Origin: Pocillopora damicornis
Taxonomy: Eukaryota
NCBI RefSeq assembly: GCF_003704095.1
Contig: NW_020844142.1
Span: forward strand, 1 to 64,000
DNA: 64,000 nt
Direction of reading: 5' to 3'
Shown piece after piece: positions 36,701-51,700 of this stretch. The position numbers were made by a program, and so were the translations under genes. Each line of letters opens with the position of its first letter. The stretch's first letter is position 1. The notes beneath the pieces are model-generated. The model did not search any database. It worked only from the letters and a program-made list of their open reading frames with translations, and had not been told where the DNA came from.

Positions 36701-39700
36701 AAATAACTTAACCAACTTAAAAAAGGAGGTTGGTGCAACAAGCTAGAATGGTGTGATAACCTAAAATAGTCCAATCTGTCCAATCAATCAAAAAGACTCA
36801 ATTACTAAAAAGTATTGCACCAGTTATGATGATACAACCATATAAAATGGGCAAACTTGAAAAAATGGTACCACTAGTCAACATGATTCAACCAGTGGCA
36901 ATAGGTGAACTGCAAAAAATGGTCTAGCAGGTAAAAAATGGTGTAACTAAGTAAAATTTTCAACAGGTTAAAATAGTCAGACCACATTTGGTATCTGGGC
37001 AACCAAGCTCAATTTATGTTTGCCGTACTTGAATAGCAATTCAAGTACCATTTCAAACCAACCTCAGAGCAAATGTGATCCCGAAATCAAGTACAAACCG
37101 TACTCGATAGAATGAGGCAAACCGAGCTCAACAAAAACTGAGCTCGATAAGATCAGATGGAGTTTGCAGAACTCATCTTTTTAATTGAGTATGATATAGT
37201 TGGATCGAGCTCAAATAGAATAGACTGCATTTCGAGCTCGTTGATCCAAGGTTGGTTTGAAATGGTATTTGAATTGCTATTGGACCAAATGTGGTCCAAA
37301 TAGTCTTACTAAATACATGCCTTTAAAACAATAAATGCCTTGAAAATTTGTGGAGATGTCATCAAAGTTTCATTTCGGTCAAGAATTCATCAAAAAGCTA
37401 GCAATTTCGTCAAATTTCATCAACAGGTGTTTGCATTACTTTTGCACAATACTGTAAAATGGTCAAAGAGGCTGAACTAGTCTGACTCAGTACAATGCAT
37501 GTTAGGAGATGCAGCATCTAAACTTTAGGAATTCCCAAACCTGTGTAATGCTTTGTAGAGGTGCCACATTTTTGGATTTACATTGAAGTGGTTGACCAAT
37601 ACAGCTTACAGTTTTAAGAATAAAAACACACACACAAACTGCGACAATAAAACCCTTAGGCACTGGTCAGGGGATTAACATTAAAGTTAATAGGAACTAA
37701 TGGAAGGAGCAGGTAGGGGAGTGACATTCATGGTCCCACTGAAACTCAGAAAATGGCATCACATTCTGAGTAAAAATGGTCTAACTAAGAAATTGGTCCA
37801 ACAAGTTCCAAGGTTCTAATTCATGAAATAGACTACTTGATGAAAAATTATCTCATCAGTTTGATTGTTCTAATCAGATAAAGTGGTCCAACAAGTTTAA
37901 AAAGGCCTAACTGTTTGAAAGAGTCCAACTGATTAAAATGACCTAATTGGTTAAAACAGACTTTCCAGACAAACTGGTCAAACCAGCTAAACATCGGCTC
38001 ACTAGCTAAAATGGCCCAACTGGTCAAAGGGTCTAACTAAATAAATGGTCCATTCCAATTAAATGTTCTAATAATATAAACATGGCCCAACCACTAAGAA
38101 TGGTTCAATGAAACAAAATTATTCAACTCATTTAAGTGGCCTATCCAGATGAAAGAGTTTAAAACGGGTAAACATGCTCACTTATCTAGGTATTATATTT
38201 GATGAGACTATTTCTTGGGCTCCCCACATTCAGTACATTTTATCTAAAGCTGGCAAAAGATTAGGTCTGCTATCTTGATAACGAAGAGATTTAACCTGTC
38301 ATGCTGCCAACATGTTATATCTATCATTTATCCGTTCGATTTTTGACTATGGCGACACTGTATGGAACTGTTGTGGAGTGGGTAATGCCAGACCGCTGGA
38401 TAATTTTCAAAGAAGGGCATCCAGAATTGTTTCAAGATCTATGGATAGTGACAAAGCTTTAATGGATCTTAAATGGCCTGAGTTATAGTTGAGAAGAGAC
38501 GAACATACTTTTAAATTAGTTAATAAATGCATTTCTGGTAACTGTCCTCAATTTTTTAAGCAATATTTCAATTTTAATAATACTAGAACAAGACAGAGAA
38601 ATTTACTTCATTTGCCTTGCGTTAGAACTGAAACAGCCAAAAAATCTTTTTATTATCATGGATGTGTTGTTTATAATAGTCAAGTTAATTCGAATTTTCT
38701 ATAATATTTTATATTGACTAGATTCTTATTGTTTTGTGCGCATTTATAGATTTTTATACCATTGCATATATATAGATTTTTATAGTATTGTTTGATATTT
38801 AGATAGCATATATATTATTCTTGCCGCCGTTATTATTATTAGTAGTATTATTTATATTTATTTTTGTATTATGCATTGTATTTATTTTAGGATCCTATTC
38901 ACCAGGGCTCCTATTGATAGCAGAGCCTTACGTTCTGATGGGATTACCCTGGTGTTGCGATTGTTATTTATTTTTTAACTAAAGGTGTCATTCAACTAGG
39001 GTTAAAAGGGTCAAACTAGATAAAATGATCTAACTTATAAAATGGTCCAACCAGTCATAAGGGTTTAAGTAGATAAAATGATCTACCTGGATAAAACAGT
39101 CCAGCCTGTTAAAATGCTCAAACTCCATTAAGTGTTCCTACCGGTGTATAGTTAAAAAAATCTAGGCAAAAATGTTAGATTTGACTGTCAAACTATTTCA
39201 GTTTAAATTACTATTATCTATTGAGGACTGTGAACTTTGATGGTTTGATATTTTTGCCAGCTTTAGTCTTGTTCAACCAATAAGATTATTTGAACCATTT
39301 GTTGTGAAATGTTTCCAAGCAAAAATTGATTACCAAGATTTATTATGAATTTAATTGCATATTAAGTTAGTTGTAATTTCGTTATGGTTAAAGTCCACAG
39401 TCAATGTTACAATTAGAAGTAATGTGTAATTAGGAGTGGCATAGTGTAATCAAATTAGTTCTGCGAGCAGTGATGTATGAAACTAGGTATTTGCAGGGCA
39501 TTTAAGGGTGTGGGAACTAAGCAGCCTAAATTAATACCCACTAATCGTTGTAGAATGTGAACTAATCTTGAATCCCACATGGAACTACTTATCTGGGTGT
39601 GGATTTCCTCAGCTAATAAATGTAACATTTTTGTAACCCTAGGATTAGATTGTAATTGAGTAGATAGAGCACAGAACGAAACATGTAATGCTGAATTGTT

Positions 39701-42700
39701 GTCAATATAGCCCAAATCAAGAGAAAGTATACAGTCCAAGATTACTGAACCAGTGTGTGTGGAATTCTCTGCAACACAAGTGGGAAATTTTGCGAAACCT
39801 GGTCCTTCGAGCCAGATAGTGAACAAAGATAGTGAACAAAGATAGTGAACAAAGATAGTGAACAAAGATAGTGAATGAAGATGAGTGAACTTAAGAACAA
39901 GAAGAATTCAAGAGCAGGCCACAAGAGTTATCTGAGCTACACTTTTTCCGAAGTGGACAAATGCCTCAAGGACTATACTGAAGACATAAAGAATGAAATT
40001 GAACAGTGGAAGGAAGCGTTTCAAGAACTGGAGAAGGTTACTACACTGAGCGACCAGATCCTTACATTGATAGAAGTGGATGACGATTTGACTGAGGAAT
40101 ATATGTCCACAGAGGTACACGACACCAACAAACTGAGGTTTGAGGTGAAGTTGCAATTGTCCACCATTGGGAAACTGCTAGCCACAAATTTGCCAAATGA
40201 ACCACTGCCATCATCCCCCAGCCTCTCCGCGGAACTGCAGAGCATCAAGTCCCAGGGTCATCCACCCCAACTGCTCCCATTCAGGCAAGATTGCCAAAAC
40301 TTGAAGTTCAGAAGTTTGAGGGCAACATTGGTGAGTGGCAGGAGTTTTGGGACTCCTTTGAGAGCGCAATTGACAAAAATTTGACTTTGGCCAACATCAA
40401 CAAATTTTCGTAGTTGCGCAGCCTTCTGGTTGTGTCAGCACAGTCGGCGATAACTGGATTTGCCTTTACGTTAGCAAATTATAAAGCAGTGACAGAGCTG
40501 CTAAAGAGATGTTATGGAGAAAGGGCAGCCATTCAAAGAATGTACATCAATGACCTGATGAACATAGAGCCCTGATGTTTGCCGACACAAAGAGCAGTTA
40601 GAGATAGATGTTCTTATAGGGGCGGATTATCTATGGAGCTTTCAGACAGGTAATTTCGTCAGGGGAGGTGTGGGTGAGCCGGTAGCCATAGAAACACAGT
40701 TAGGATGGGTTGCTTCTGCTCCTTTAGAGTCTAGTCAGTCAACAGAGAGAGTGAGTGGTCAGTGTATATCTTATAGGAAGAGACAGTATAATTATGGGAA
40801 AATTAGAAGAGGACATTAAGGTTCTTTGGGACTTAGAAACATTAGGGATAGCAGAGAGTGACAGAGTGTATGAGGAATTTGTAGACAACATCACGTTTAA
40901 CGGAAATCGGTATTCCATCAAGGTGCAATAGAAGGAGGGGCATGACATCTTAGATAGTAATTACAAGTTGAGTTTGTCACGTATGAAAGGTCAGGTCAAA
41001 AAGCTTAGACAGGAGCCAGAGGTGTTGAGAGTACAACTCAGTTATCAAAGTCATAAGGGTGAGACACTCAAATAAACATGCCATAAAATTTTCTTGGTAA
41101 CAACCAAGTTAATGAACATATTTACCCATAAACAATCCTTAACAATCAAGGGTATAGTTCATTTCTCTGACTATTTTGATACAATGTCAGTGAATGATCA
41201 CTGCACCCTTCACAAAACAATATAGATTTTTGCTCTCCTGAGGTGGCAATCTTCCATAAGGTTGTGGCTGAAAATGTCAATAAGAAAGTGTTGACACACC
41301 AGCTGAACCACTTCAGCAAAAGCAGTGAAGATGGACAAGGCACTGATTACTTGAACATGACCCAATGGTTCCCATCTACTGACTAGGATTGCATAAGGGT
41401 TTGGCCCCAAGAAAGTGGTGAATATCCTCTTCCATCTGCCTCAAGAACTTATTGCTCATGTTGTTCCTTCCACACATAAAGCACTTTAAAAAGGTTCTGG
41501 CTGACAACCTTGTTGCATGGAATCCATCTGGGATGAAACAGCAATTTTACCATGCTTCCACCAAGACGAAGCCTATTTGTAACACATCCCAATGAAATTA
41601 TGATGATCGTGTGGCACAGGTCTACATAAACGTACGAGAGGCTTCTACAAGAATGAATCCTCCCTGATTTGTAGAGGATTTTCATTTATGTAACAGGTAG
41701 GACTATTTGAACTGATAATAGAAAAATCTCAAATTGAGGCCTTGCAGTATTAACAAAGCCATGGCAAAGTCATTACAGCAAAGCCTCAGTTGGAAAGTTT
41801 CCTGTTATAACAAATAAACAGTCAAGGTTAGTAAGTTGTTTATTACATGAATAAGAAAAACCTTTTTGAAGATAGAGAAAATCAATTCAAACCAAGTCCA
41901 ACTGCTCACGTGAAATAAGTAAACTACTATTTTCCTGCCAAAAATAGGAAACAAAATTATCAAAAAAACAAAACTAAAGGAAAAGTATTTACCGGTACAT
42001 ATGAGTAAAAAATGTCCATCCTCCAAACCTCACCGCCAAAAAAATTTTGGTATTTCAATGGCATTATTTTACAATGAGATTCACAATTTTTTTCCTTTTT
42101 TCAAGGCGAGTGTGGCCTAGTGGTTAGGGCGCTGCACTTGTAAGCCAGAGGTCCCGGGTTCAAGTCCTCCTCCCTGCCACTGGATGGATTTGTCTTCGGT
42201 GGCCCCAAATTCAACTCCTGCACGCTTTGTAAATAGCCAACTGATCTGCCTCCTACCAGTTGGGGTTTTTAACGAGTTTCTGTTCATTTATGATATTTTT
42301 TTCCTTATTTACAGTGTCCCCAATTGGCACAGCAGTGCTAAAATACACTGACACTTAAATAAAGTTACTATTTATTATTATTTTTATTATAAGGTTGTGT
42401 ATATTTTTTTATTTTTTTCCTTCGTCCTCCCCAGCACAATCTTGTAAGAAGTTTAACACAGTAGCTTCACTGTTCTCCTGAAATTTTAGCTGCAGCAAAT
42501 AGAATTGACTCTCTTTTGGAGTTAAGAGGCCTTAATCATTTTCTCTGGTCGAATTTCAGAGGAAGAGGACCATGTTTTTTTCCTCCCAATTTGTACAGCA
42601 ATCGGCCTTAATGCCAGTATGAGAGTGGACTGCCCTGCTCTGCTCTTGCCAATAAACCACAATTAACCAATCAACCTCACTTTATCAGTAGCCATGATGT

Positions 42701-45700
42701 AATAAATCTGACCAGCAAAAAGGGGTTTTAATCCCTACAGCATATCATATCAGCACACAGGGTCTGGTTAATAGGTGCATTCTAATATCAAAAGCTTTAT
42801 TCATTTTCTCCTTTTCCAGATTCCAACAGAAAGATTCACAATTTCACCCTTCTGCAATATGTCTTTGATGATGATGAACACAAAGTTAAAGTTAAACCAC
42901 ATAGTTATTCTATGTTTTCCAAAGAGTATTACAGCACCTCGCATACCAAAATTGAGCGGTTAAAAAAGCTTGCTACTTCTGACCCTCCAAAGACAGCATT
43001 TTTCAAGAGCATCAAAGAAAAGGGAACAATTTAAGACTTTAGGAATGCAGGTAGCCATGCTTGAAATGTACAACAGATTAAGAACATTAAAAAAAACATG
43101 GAAGAGTAACCTGAGAATCCTGTACTTGAGCTAATAGACATGCTGAAGTGAGGAAACAGACACAAAGACAACGCCTTCATCCGTAAAGTAGAGACATCAT
43201 CTGATTCTTGTATTGTCCTAACCACAGACCAGCAATTTAAGGACATGGAAAGATTTTGTACAAATGTTAGCCAGTTCAGTATTTTAGGAGTGGATCCCAC
43301 ATTCAATTTTGGAAACTATTATGTGAATCTAACCTCATGCAGGCATCTCCTTCCCTGACCCAAAGAAGACAAGAATCCAGTCCAGATTGGACCAACCCAC
43401 ATTCACAACAAAAAGGAACCATCCAGTTATTACAGGCTTTCATCTACCACGATAAAGCTAGATGGAAAAACCCAAAATGTGCTAGTGTATGGTACTGACA
43501 GAGAAAAGGCATTAAGTGAGGGTTTTGGCAGACCTCTCCCTTATGCCCAGCATTTGCTCTGGGACCTGCATAAGAAAGACGATGTAATGTCAAAAATGAA
43601 CAAACTTGGAATGTGGGGTAAACCCTTAGAGATCATTCTAAGTGACATCTTCAGAAGAGAGATTGGTTGTAAGAGGGTTTCTGGTCTTATAGACTTGCAA
43701 ATACATGCCCAGTTTGACCAATCTGGAAAAAAAATTAAGGAGTGGCTTTCTTTACACTCACTCTCAGAGTGCTTTGTTATTTACTTTTTTAAGTATATGG
43801 TAGAAATTATGAGGCAAATGATGACATGAATTGCAATCCATGTCTAGGCTGGTGTCCCAGGTGTATACGATCAGAACAGAAATTAATGCATGAACTTGGT
43901 TCAACAAGTAGAGAAACAATTCAAAGGGAAAAGGAAGCTTTCCATTCCAGAGTTTATGAAGCTACTGCAAATGGTGGTGAAAAGACAGAGAACAGAGGAG
44001 GACCTAGCACTTATTGAGCTCAGAGCGCTGAAAATGGACAAAAACTACATGGAATAGGAATGAAGGAGTCTGTCTTTTACAGGAAGATAAGAGTGTAACA
44101 AGAAGCTGCACTCAAAACATTTCACAATCTCCCAGTAAAGACAGTTGAGGTAATTCCTATAGACCTAGAAAACACAGATGACGCAGCCACAATGTCACCA
44201 TTGAGTTTGCCTGTGCAAATGAGGCAATTGATGCTTCATCCTATGCAGTTGGTGAGAAACATTCCATGCAACATGGAAAATACTATGTGTGCAGCATCAC
44301 TTGTATTGATTTTAAAGCTTAAGATATTTGTGCTCATACTTTAGTTTTGGTGGAAATGGATTGTTCATCAACTGAGTTAATTCATTGTTATAAGGCAACA
44401 AACTAAAGGCCTCCCAACATGGATGCCTTGAATCACATGGACCTCCCTCCTGGGCATGGGTCAAAAAAGACCAAGCCAACACAAAGAAGGAAAGGTGCTA
44501 CAAACAAAAAAAAAGAAAATTGTGGAGAGTTATATTAACACCTCTCCAACTGACCATTCAGCATTGAATATGGTGTTTACCCTAGTAAGATCCCCAGGAA
44601 ACAGAGGCACAGAGAAGGAAGCAAAGAAGACAACAACAAAAAAAAGACACAGAAGGACCTCAGGCATGTACATATTGTAACAATCATTCATAGTTAATAA
44701 AGTGTGATTCTTTTATCTCTGGTTTTAGATCAGTGTAAGGTTTCAAGTTTTTTGTGTGATTATGCTGCAAACTGTTTGATTTCTTAGATAGACTCTAATC
44801 ACAGTAAAGTCCTACTATATGTTAGCTCTATCTAAGTTGTTGTATTTCACTGACTGGTGAGCTAATTTGGTTCAAAGAAATAACAAACTTTATCAAATAA
44901 AGCTGGTAGTGATATTGTGCACCAAGTTGAAAGAAAACAGAACTCCTAATCAGAAATGACCAGCAGGACATGAGGTTTACAAAGATGTAGCATCTGGTGA
45001 GACTGTTGGCTCATTTCAAATCATACTTCCCATGCAGCCACCAACTAATCTTGGCTGTTAACTAAAATGCCATCTTCATTCATTTCTTTTACACAATCTG
45101 CAGAATAAAAAACCTAAGACATCAACATGCACAGTTCAAGAAGGTAGTTTCCTGTTGAGCCTTCTTAAAAGGTGTTACAGGTGTAAGGGTGTCCTTAAAC
45201 TGAGGCATGGTGAAGACTTTTTTATTCACGACCCACCAAAAGACCTCCTCATGATATCAAGCACAAGATGGGCCTACTGGCAGAATGGAGAGCAAAANNN
45301 NNNNNNNNNNNNNNNNNNNNNNNNNNNNNNNNNNNNNNNNNNNNNNNNNNNNNNNNNNNNNNNNNNNNNNNNNNNNNNNNNNNNNNNNNNNNNNNNNGTT
45401 TATTTGGAACCAACATAATGACCAGCTTCCAGTTGGCTTGTTAGCTCACTTGGTGGGACACCAGTATCGCAGAGGTCATAGGTTCAAATCCTGTACAGGC
45501 CTGAATTTTTTTTCAGTCCTTATTTTCACTACTGCTCAAGTACTGTTCATTACTGCGAAGATCACTTTCATATTCACATCAATTATTTTTGTTGACTTGA
45601 TATCCTTTAGCATGCAATTAATAAATTTTCACACTTTTCTTTTCAGTGTTTCATTGAGAATGATACCACTTGATACCACTGTCACTGATGCCTCAATTAT

Positions 45701-48700
45701 TCTGCCGTGCCATTAATTATGCTGTGCCACAAAATGAGCATGTCGGCATCATTTTCCATTTGAATTGCTCTGAAGCCTGCTTTTTCACAATTAAATTCTT
45801 TTATTTTCAAGTTCATTACCCATGTAAGTAAGAATTATTTTTTTTTAACTAAATAAAGAAACAAGCTGAGAAATTGACAAGGTAAGAAAGTAAGAGTACA
45901 AACAAGATAAAAGCTTTGTTATTGAGTACTCTCCACTAATACATCAACCGATATATTGGTTGATATATTAGTTGACTGACAACTGACTGTCGACTGATAT
46001 ATCAGTCAACAGTTGATTAACTCTCGGCCAACTGTTGGTCGATATATCAATCAATATGTATGTTGGCCAATATAGCTTTTAGTTCACCGATACTTTGCTG
46101 ATACATCTAACTAGTTAAAATGGTCCAACCATTTAGAATGATCTAACAAGACAAAATGGTCCACCTAATTCTGTAGGACTGTGAAATGCAGGCTACCAAA
46201 CTGATAACTTTCAGCGGACATTTATTTACCAAAAGTTATCTAACTCAACATGGCAACCAAAACAGTCATAGCTGGAGATTGGGTATGCATGGTCAAAACT
46301 TGTGAAAACAAACCAATTTTGACTTAAAGATCCACAAGACACACTAAAACCTATACTCCCATGCTACAAAAATGTCTTTTTCCAAAATTGTATTTCATGA
46401 TTTAGCTGCAATATCAAGTGAGGTCACATGCCCTAACAAACACAGAATAGAAGGTGCACGGATTGCTTTATGGCCAGAAGAGAGAGCCAATTCATGGTCA
46501 AATCATGCTAAAAACAGATGTAACAGATATAACAGTCTGTTGTGAGCACTGCGGAATGAAACCTGACTTTTCAATACACAATTTAAACATGCAAATTAAC
46601 TGACTGAGAATGATGTTACCTATGTTCTGCCTCCAAACAGGAATATTCTTCTCAAGCCAGGATAGCAGACTTTCCACAGAATCAATGTGACATGTTTCTG
46701 ATGCTCTGTACTGTCTCCTCCAGGTTGATATCTGTATTATTATGCAATCGTGAAAAAAATAATTGGAATATCATAAGATCTACTGCGAGGGTCGTACATT
46801 GAAAAAATTTATGAAAATAACCTTTTTTTACAATGTCTAATATACACGTACTATAGAGATACCTATATTGTGTCGACATCCATAGGGCCCTCTAGCACCT
46901 GCTGACAACAGGGTGTCGTGTTGATTCAAAAGTTTTTCTAAGCAGACCTTTCAATACGTTTTAAATGACTGTACAACCCTCTTTAGCCTGAATCAATGTG
47001 TGTCACTGGTTTGCTTGAATTCATTGTGAAATAACTAGGTCATGGTGACTGCAATATTGGGTGAGTATAAGGTGACTGCAATATTGGGTGAGTATAAGGT
47101 TGTGAAATATTTACTGTATTTTAAATGACAAGAATACTCATATGAAGTGCAAGGAATGTTGAGGTACATCCTGTTAATAATCTTTTTCTTGAGTTATTCA
47201 CACCTTTAAATTTTGTAACCTACCAAAGAGAGGCTTTAATTAGTTAATTCAATTTCCCTTTCTGGTTAAACTTTGAAGAAATCCTTCCCCTTTGTGCCAT
47301 GTAAAGTCGTCTCTTAAAATTATAACTATGTTTACTTTCATTTAGGTATTGTTTCTCACGTGTAGCCCTGTATTCAAAATTAATTGTTTATATCTATAAA
47401 AATATTACATATCCTTAGTAAAATGCTTATGCTTATCTATGAAGTGCAACTTTCCTGCCCCTTCACCAAACCAACCATTTTATTTTTCAATCAAGGTTAT
47501 AGGATGATCTGGTTATTACTGACACCTAGTTCAAAAACCATAAACTGACTGTCAATGTAAGCATATACCAGTGCACTGTAAATTTTTTATGATTGAGGGC
47601 AATTTTTCCAACTCAATGTATGACAACTTGGTTCTCCCTGTGCTTCTCTAATTGTAGATTGGAATTGAGTAGGTGCAAACTTGATTGGAACATACTAATC
47701 TGAATTATTTAACAGGCAAAAACTCTCATCCCTTAGGTATTAATCAACAATATGTTCTTTCAAGTCTGACTTTTGACCTCTCTCAATTCCTGAAATTATA
47801 TCTGGTTTTGTAATGGATAGAAAAAATATAATCAACTGCATATCATTTAATGTAAATTGTGGACTTGCAAAGTTGCTGCTGACAAGAGGAAAAGCACTGG
47901 CCCCCAAACTGACCCCTGAAGTAGACCCTGCTTAACAGACAGCATTCAGAAATTATGTTTTCAGGCCTAATTTGATAAATTATCTCCCCTCTCTGAAACA
48001 AGATTTACATCAGCCAACATAAGAAAGGCTAAGCCACAAATAAATTTTCTCCAAAGCCTGGTTACTCAGTTAAATTAAAACCTCTGTGAAGGTCTACAAA
48101 GTTGAACTGCTTGCATTGTTTTTCTCCTTCTTATTATAAAACAAAGACAAAAGGACTTAAAGAAAAACTCAAAGTTGTTTGGCTTTGATGATAGAATTTC
48201 TTGAAGAAGAGAATTAAATTCTAAAACAAGAGGAGTGCCAATAACCCATTTTGGCAATGTACTAGAGCAGTTGGTTAGATAACTCGGTTGGTAGAGCACT
48301 GTGTTGGTGTCCCAAAGGTGATGGGTTCAAATCTGTTAAAGGCCTTCATTTTTTATCATTACTGACTTTACTGACTTCTACCTGATTTTACTGATTTTTT
48401 TCAATGGCAAAGGGTTGCTTCAATCAATCATTTATTACTTTGTTTATTATATATTAATATTACCTTTACAAAGATTTTTTTCAATTTTGATAGAATTTTC
48501 ATAACTCAATTTTATTCACACGAAGCAGGTAGGTTAGTGTTATTTATTCATTGCTGTTGATACCATTCCCTTTGTAAACTACTTCTTTTTCTTATGAGCC
48601 AAAGGTTTGTTTGTTTATTCTATTGTCTCAGTATCTCCCAATCTCTATTGAATTAAGTTTGTTTTACTACATTTTCATTTACAAATGTGGCTTTTTGTCT

Positions 48701-51700
48701 TAATTCTATTAAGACTTGTGGTTTGCCTTTTCGCCTGTACCAGTATACCCTTCCCTGTCCTCTGACAGGGCAGACTAAGGTGCCTATTTTAACAGCTTAT
48801 ACCATGTTTTCATAAAAAGTCAACTCTCTTTGTCATCTAGACAGGCAGATGAGGCCTCTTGACAAGTCTACATTAATAAAGAATATGTCAGCCAAAATAG
48901 CAGTGTTGTTTAACTGATGCTTTCACTGAGCTATAACACCATAAAATGCAGCAGCTATTAGAATGATTTGAATTGGTTCATTACTGATTAAGTTAATTTA
49001 GACACATTATCAAGTGGTACCATTGACCTCAACCATTGGCCTCACAGGACCTACAACATTATCCTAGGGTGGACTCAGATTCAACCTCATTAAAGCCCTT
49101 ACTAATTAATGCTTAAGTTCACATTAGTCTCCAATAACATACATTTATTAGTTTATGATATACTACTTGTCTTACATTGGTGCTACCAGTCACTTGAGAG
49201 AGGGTGAAGAGTTCTCGAAAGTATTCCCTGTTATCATCCAGGTAAAAAATTGAATGCAGCTAGATTGTCTGAGTTGAGGGCTTGCTGTTGGACTACAGAA
49301 AACTCTGATTTTTACCATAATCATTCAAAATATGAAAGAAAAACAAGCAAGAAGTTTACCAAGAAGTTTGTCTCTGAAGGAAGGGCCAATATGTTATAAT
49401 GCAGAGCCACTAAAGAAGTGAATGAATTCCAAATTACCTGTCTCCCTAAGAAGTTGGACTGATGGCCAAAATCAGAGAGTTCCAAACCCTTCCAATTGAT
49501 GTTGTGTAGCCTTGCCAAAGTACTGATCATGCCATTGTAGATAGCTTTTCGATCATCTTCTGAATGATTTGGCAATGTGGGTTTACAAAATATGATACCC
49601 TGAAAAAAAGAGTTTATCAATCAGAAATCATTTTCAAAAATTCAAAGTGCCTTAAAATGTTCCGGCACATGGCCTTTGTCAGATGGCAGACAATGAATAA
49701 TGTAAGAATGAACACAAGTAATGAGGCTAGGAAGCATAGCATGGGAAAAATCAATGCCTTTGTGAACAAGAAAAATGATATTTTTAAAAGTACTTTACAT
49801 GAAAAAATCTCTTGTTGGTGTTTTCTTAGACTTAACTTTCAGCAACTTTTAATAGTACTGAAAATAGCATTTGATATTGGGGCTGTGCAGTTGTTCTAAC
49901 CAATATCTGACAAAGCACCTGACTTAAGTCCCCTTTTTACTAACCCAGTCATTCTTAGTTTTTCAAGGTCTGTGATGGCTCTTACCATAATCCAGACTCT
50001 ACTTTGGGTAATTTCTCAATGATTGAAAGGCCCTTTACAAAAGCATTTTCATTACCTACTTTGCCTCTATGAGACAAAGCTAAGACTTCATTGCATATTA
50101 TTTCACTTCCATGCAAAAGACACTCAGTTACATCTATCATTTAACTCTCTTCTTGATGTCTGACTTTTAAGAGATAAAATTGAAGCCTTGTATTCATGAT
50201 ATTGATTGATGGATGCTACATAATAAATCAAAGGATGAGCAAATGTAAAAATGCAATTGCTGGTTTATAATTTAACGACAATCTTCCTTTGAGTTCTTTA
50301 AAGTATCTCATGATCAAGGATACAGAAGTTTCCAATTTGGTAAATTAAAACATAACAGTCTAGTTCTTGTTACAGCATACCTCTTCTATGTATGTAGAGG
50401 TATACATGTAGAGCATCTCAAGACTTCACTACTTGAATCTATAATAATTTTCTTTATGATAGACATGAAATTAGGTCTTAAAAGGTATTCATTTAAAAAG
50501 TCTATAGCAAAATAGGTAGTAGTTCATGTTAGTCTTGAAACACCATTTGTTTTACTAATTTCCTACAAATCTCCTTTTGCTTTATATTTAGTTATTATGT
50601 AGCCAATTACATGATCTAAAATGAAGGCATCAGTAGAAATCATGATTTCCTGGAATTCTATATCAACTTTGGAATCTTTGCTTCTCAGGAAATAGTTCTT
50701 ACAAAGGGCACTACTCTTTAACAACACCTTGGCTTTTTTCACCCATCATAGCATATAAAAGTGCAACATTAGTAAAAAAGAAGTTGGTCGAAGCTACACC
50801 ATGACCTTTGCTATGATCAGAAGGATCCAAGCTACCCCTATCTCAAGTGTCTTTGCTATTTTTTTGGCGCAAGTCGTCAACCGAAGCATACAAGTCTTTT
50901 CTTTGTTGTTAATTAAGTTGCAGAATCATAATTGGCCTCATCATAGAACATCTTATTTTTAGTCAGCTAAGTGTTATCATTACAGTATCATAGCAAAACA
51001 ATCTTGGTCCTCAATCTTGGTCCTCAATTGTCCTTGTTTCTTTTCAAATTCATTGTTATTCTTTTATGCTCACTCTAGTTACTCTGTTTTAGTACTGACA
51101 ATACTGTTGTTTGTATTTTCTTAAGACAAAAGAATTATCACATCTATTCATTTCTCACTAGGAGTTTTCTGGTTATATTATTGCACCAACAGCTACTACT
51201 ACATGTATGTTTTTCTAATGCTACTGCTATTAAGGCCAAGGAACTTCAATCTTCATTATCTTTATAACCCTTCATGTCAAATGCTACTGATTGATCTAAA
51301 CCTTTGAACTTTGATCTGTCATTAAATGAGTTTAGAGAGCCTGTTTGCTTTGATCCAATTTGACAGTTTATTGAATTCACTATTTAATGTGCTGATTAGT
51401 CAATCTGAATCCATTCTCATTACATTCCCAGTAATAAACAATTAATACCATTTAATGGAAAATTAAAGCACAACAAATTATAGTCTATACATCACTTACC
51501 TGTACATGTTCCATGATGTAGAACTCAGTTCCAATGACTGAAATATCTCCACAATAGAGGTAAGGATTTGGCACTGGGAAGGAGGCAGATTTTAACGCTG
51601 ATAGTACTCTAAATTCTCTGTCAACCTGTAAGGATAAAAAGAAATCTTGAAGAAAAAAACTGACTATATAGTACTGCAACTTCACATTCAAATTTTATAA

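Larger units (their letters stand above)
36590..39125. repeat. Diverged minisatellite (~19-20-bp unit, AAAATGGTCCAACTAG-like) with nested insertions
   Basis: Many variants of AAATGGTC(C/T)AAC(T/C)(A/G)G; a further patch at 46105-46170. Confidence 0.7.

Noticed and set aside
42104-42180. Possible tRNA gene
   Set aside because: A/B boxes are present, but the acceptor stem is poor and it continues into a SINE body and tail
48270-48350. tRNA-like sequence
   Set aside because: Decayed SINE head with no full cloverleaf
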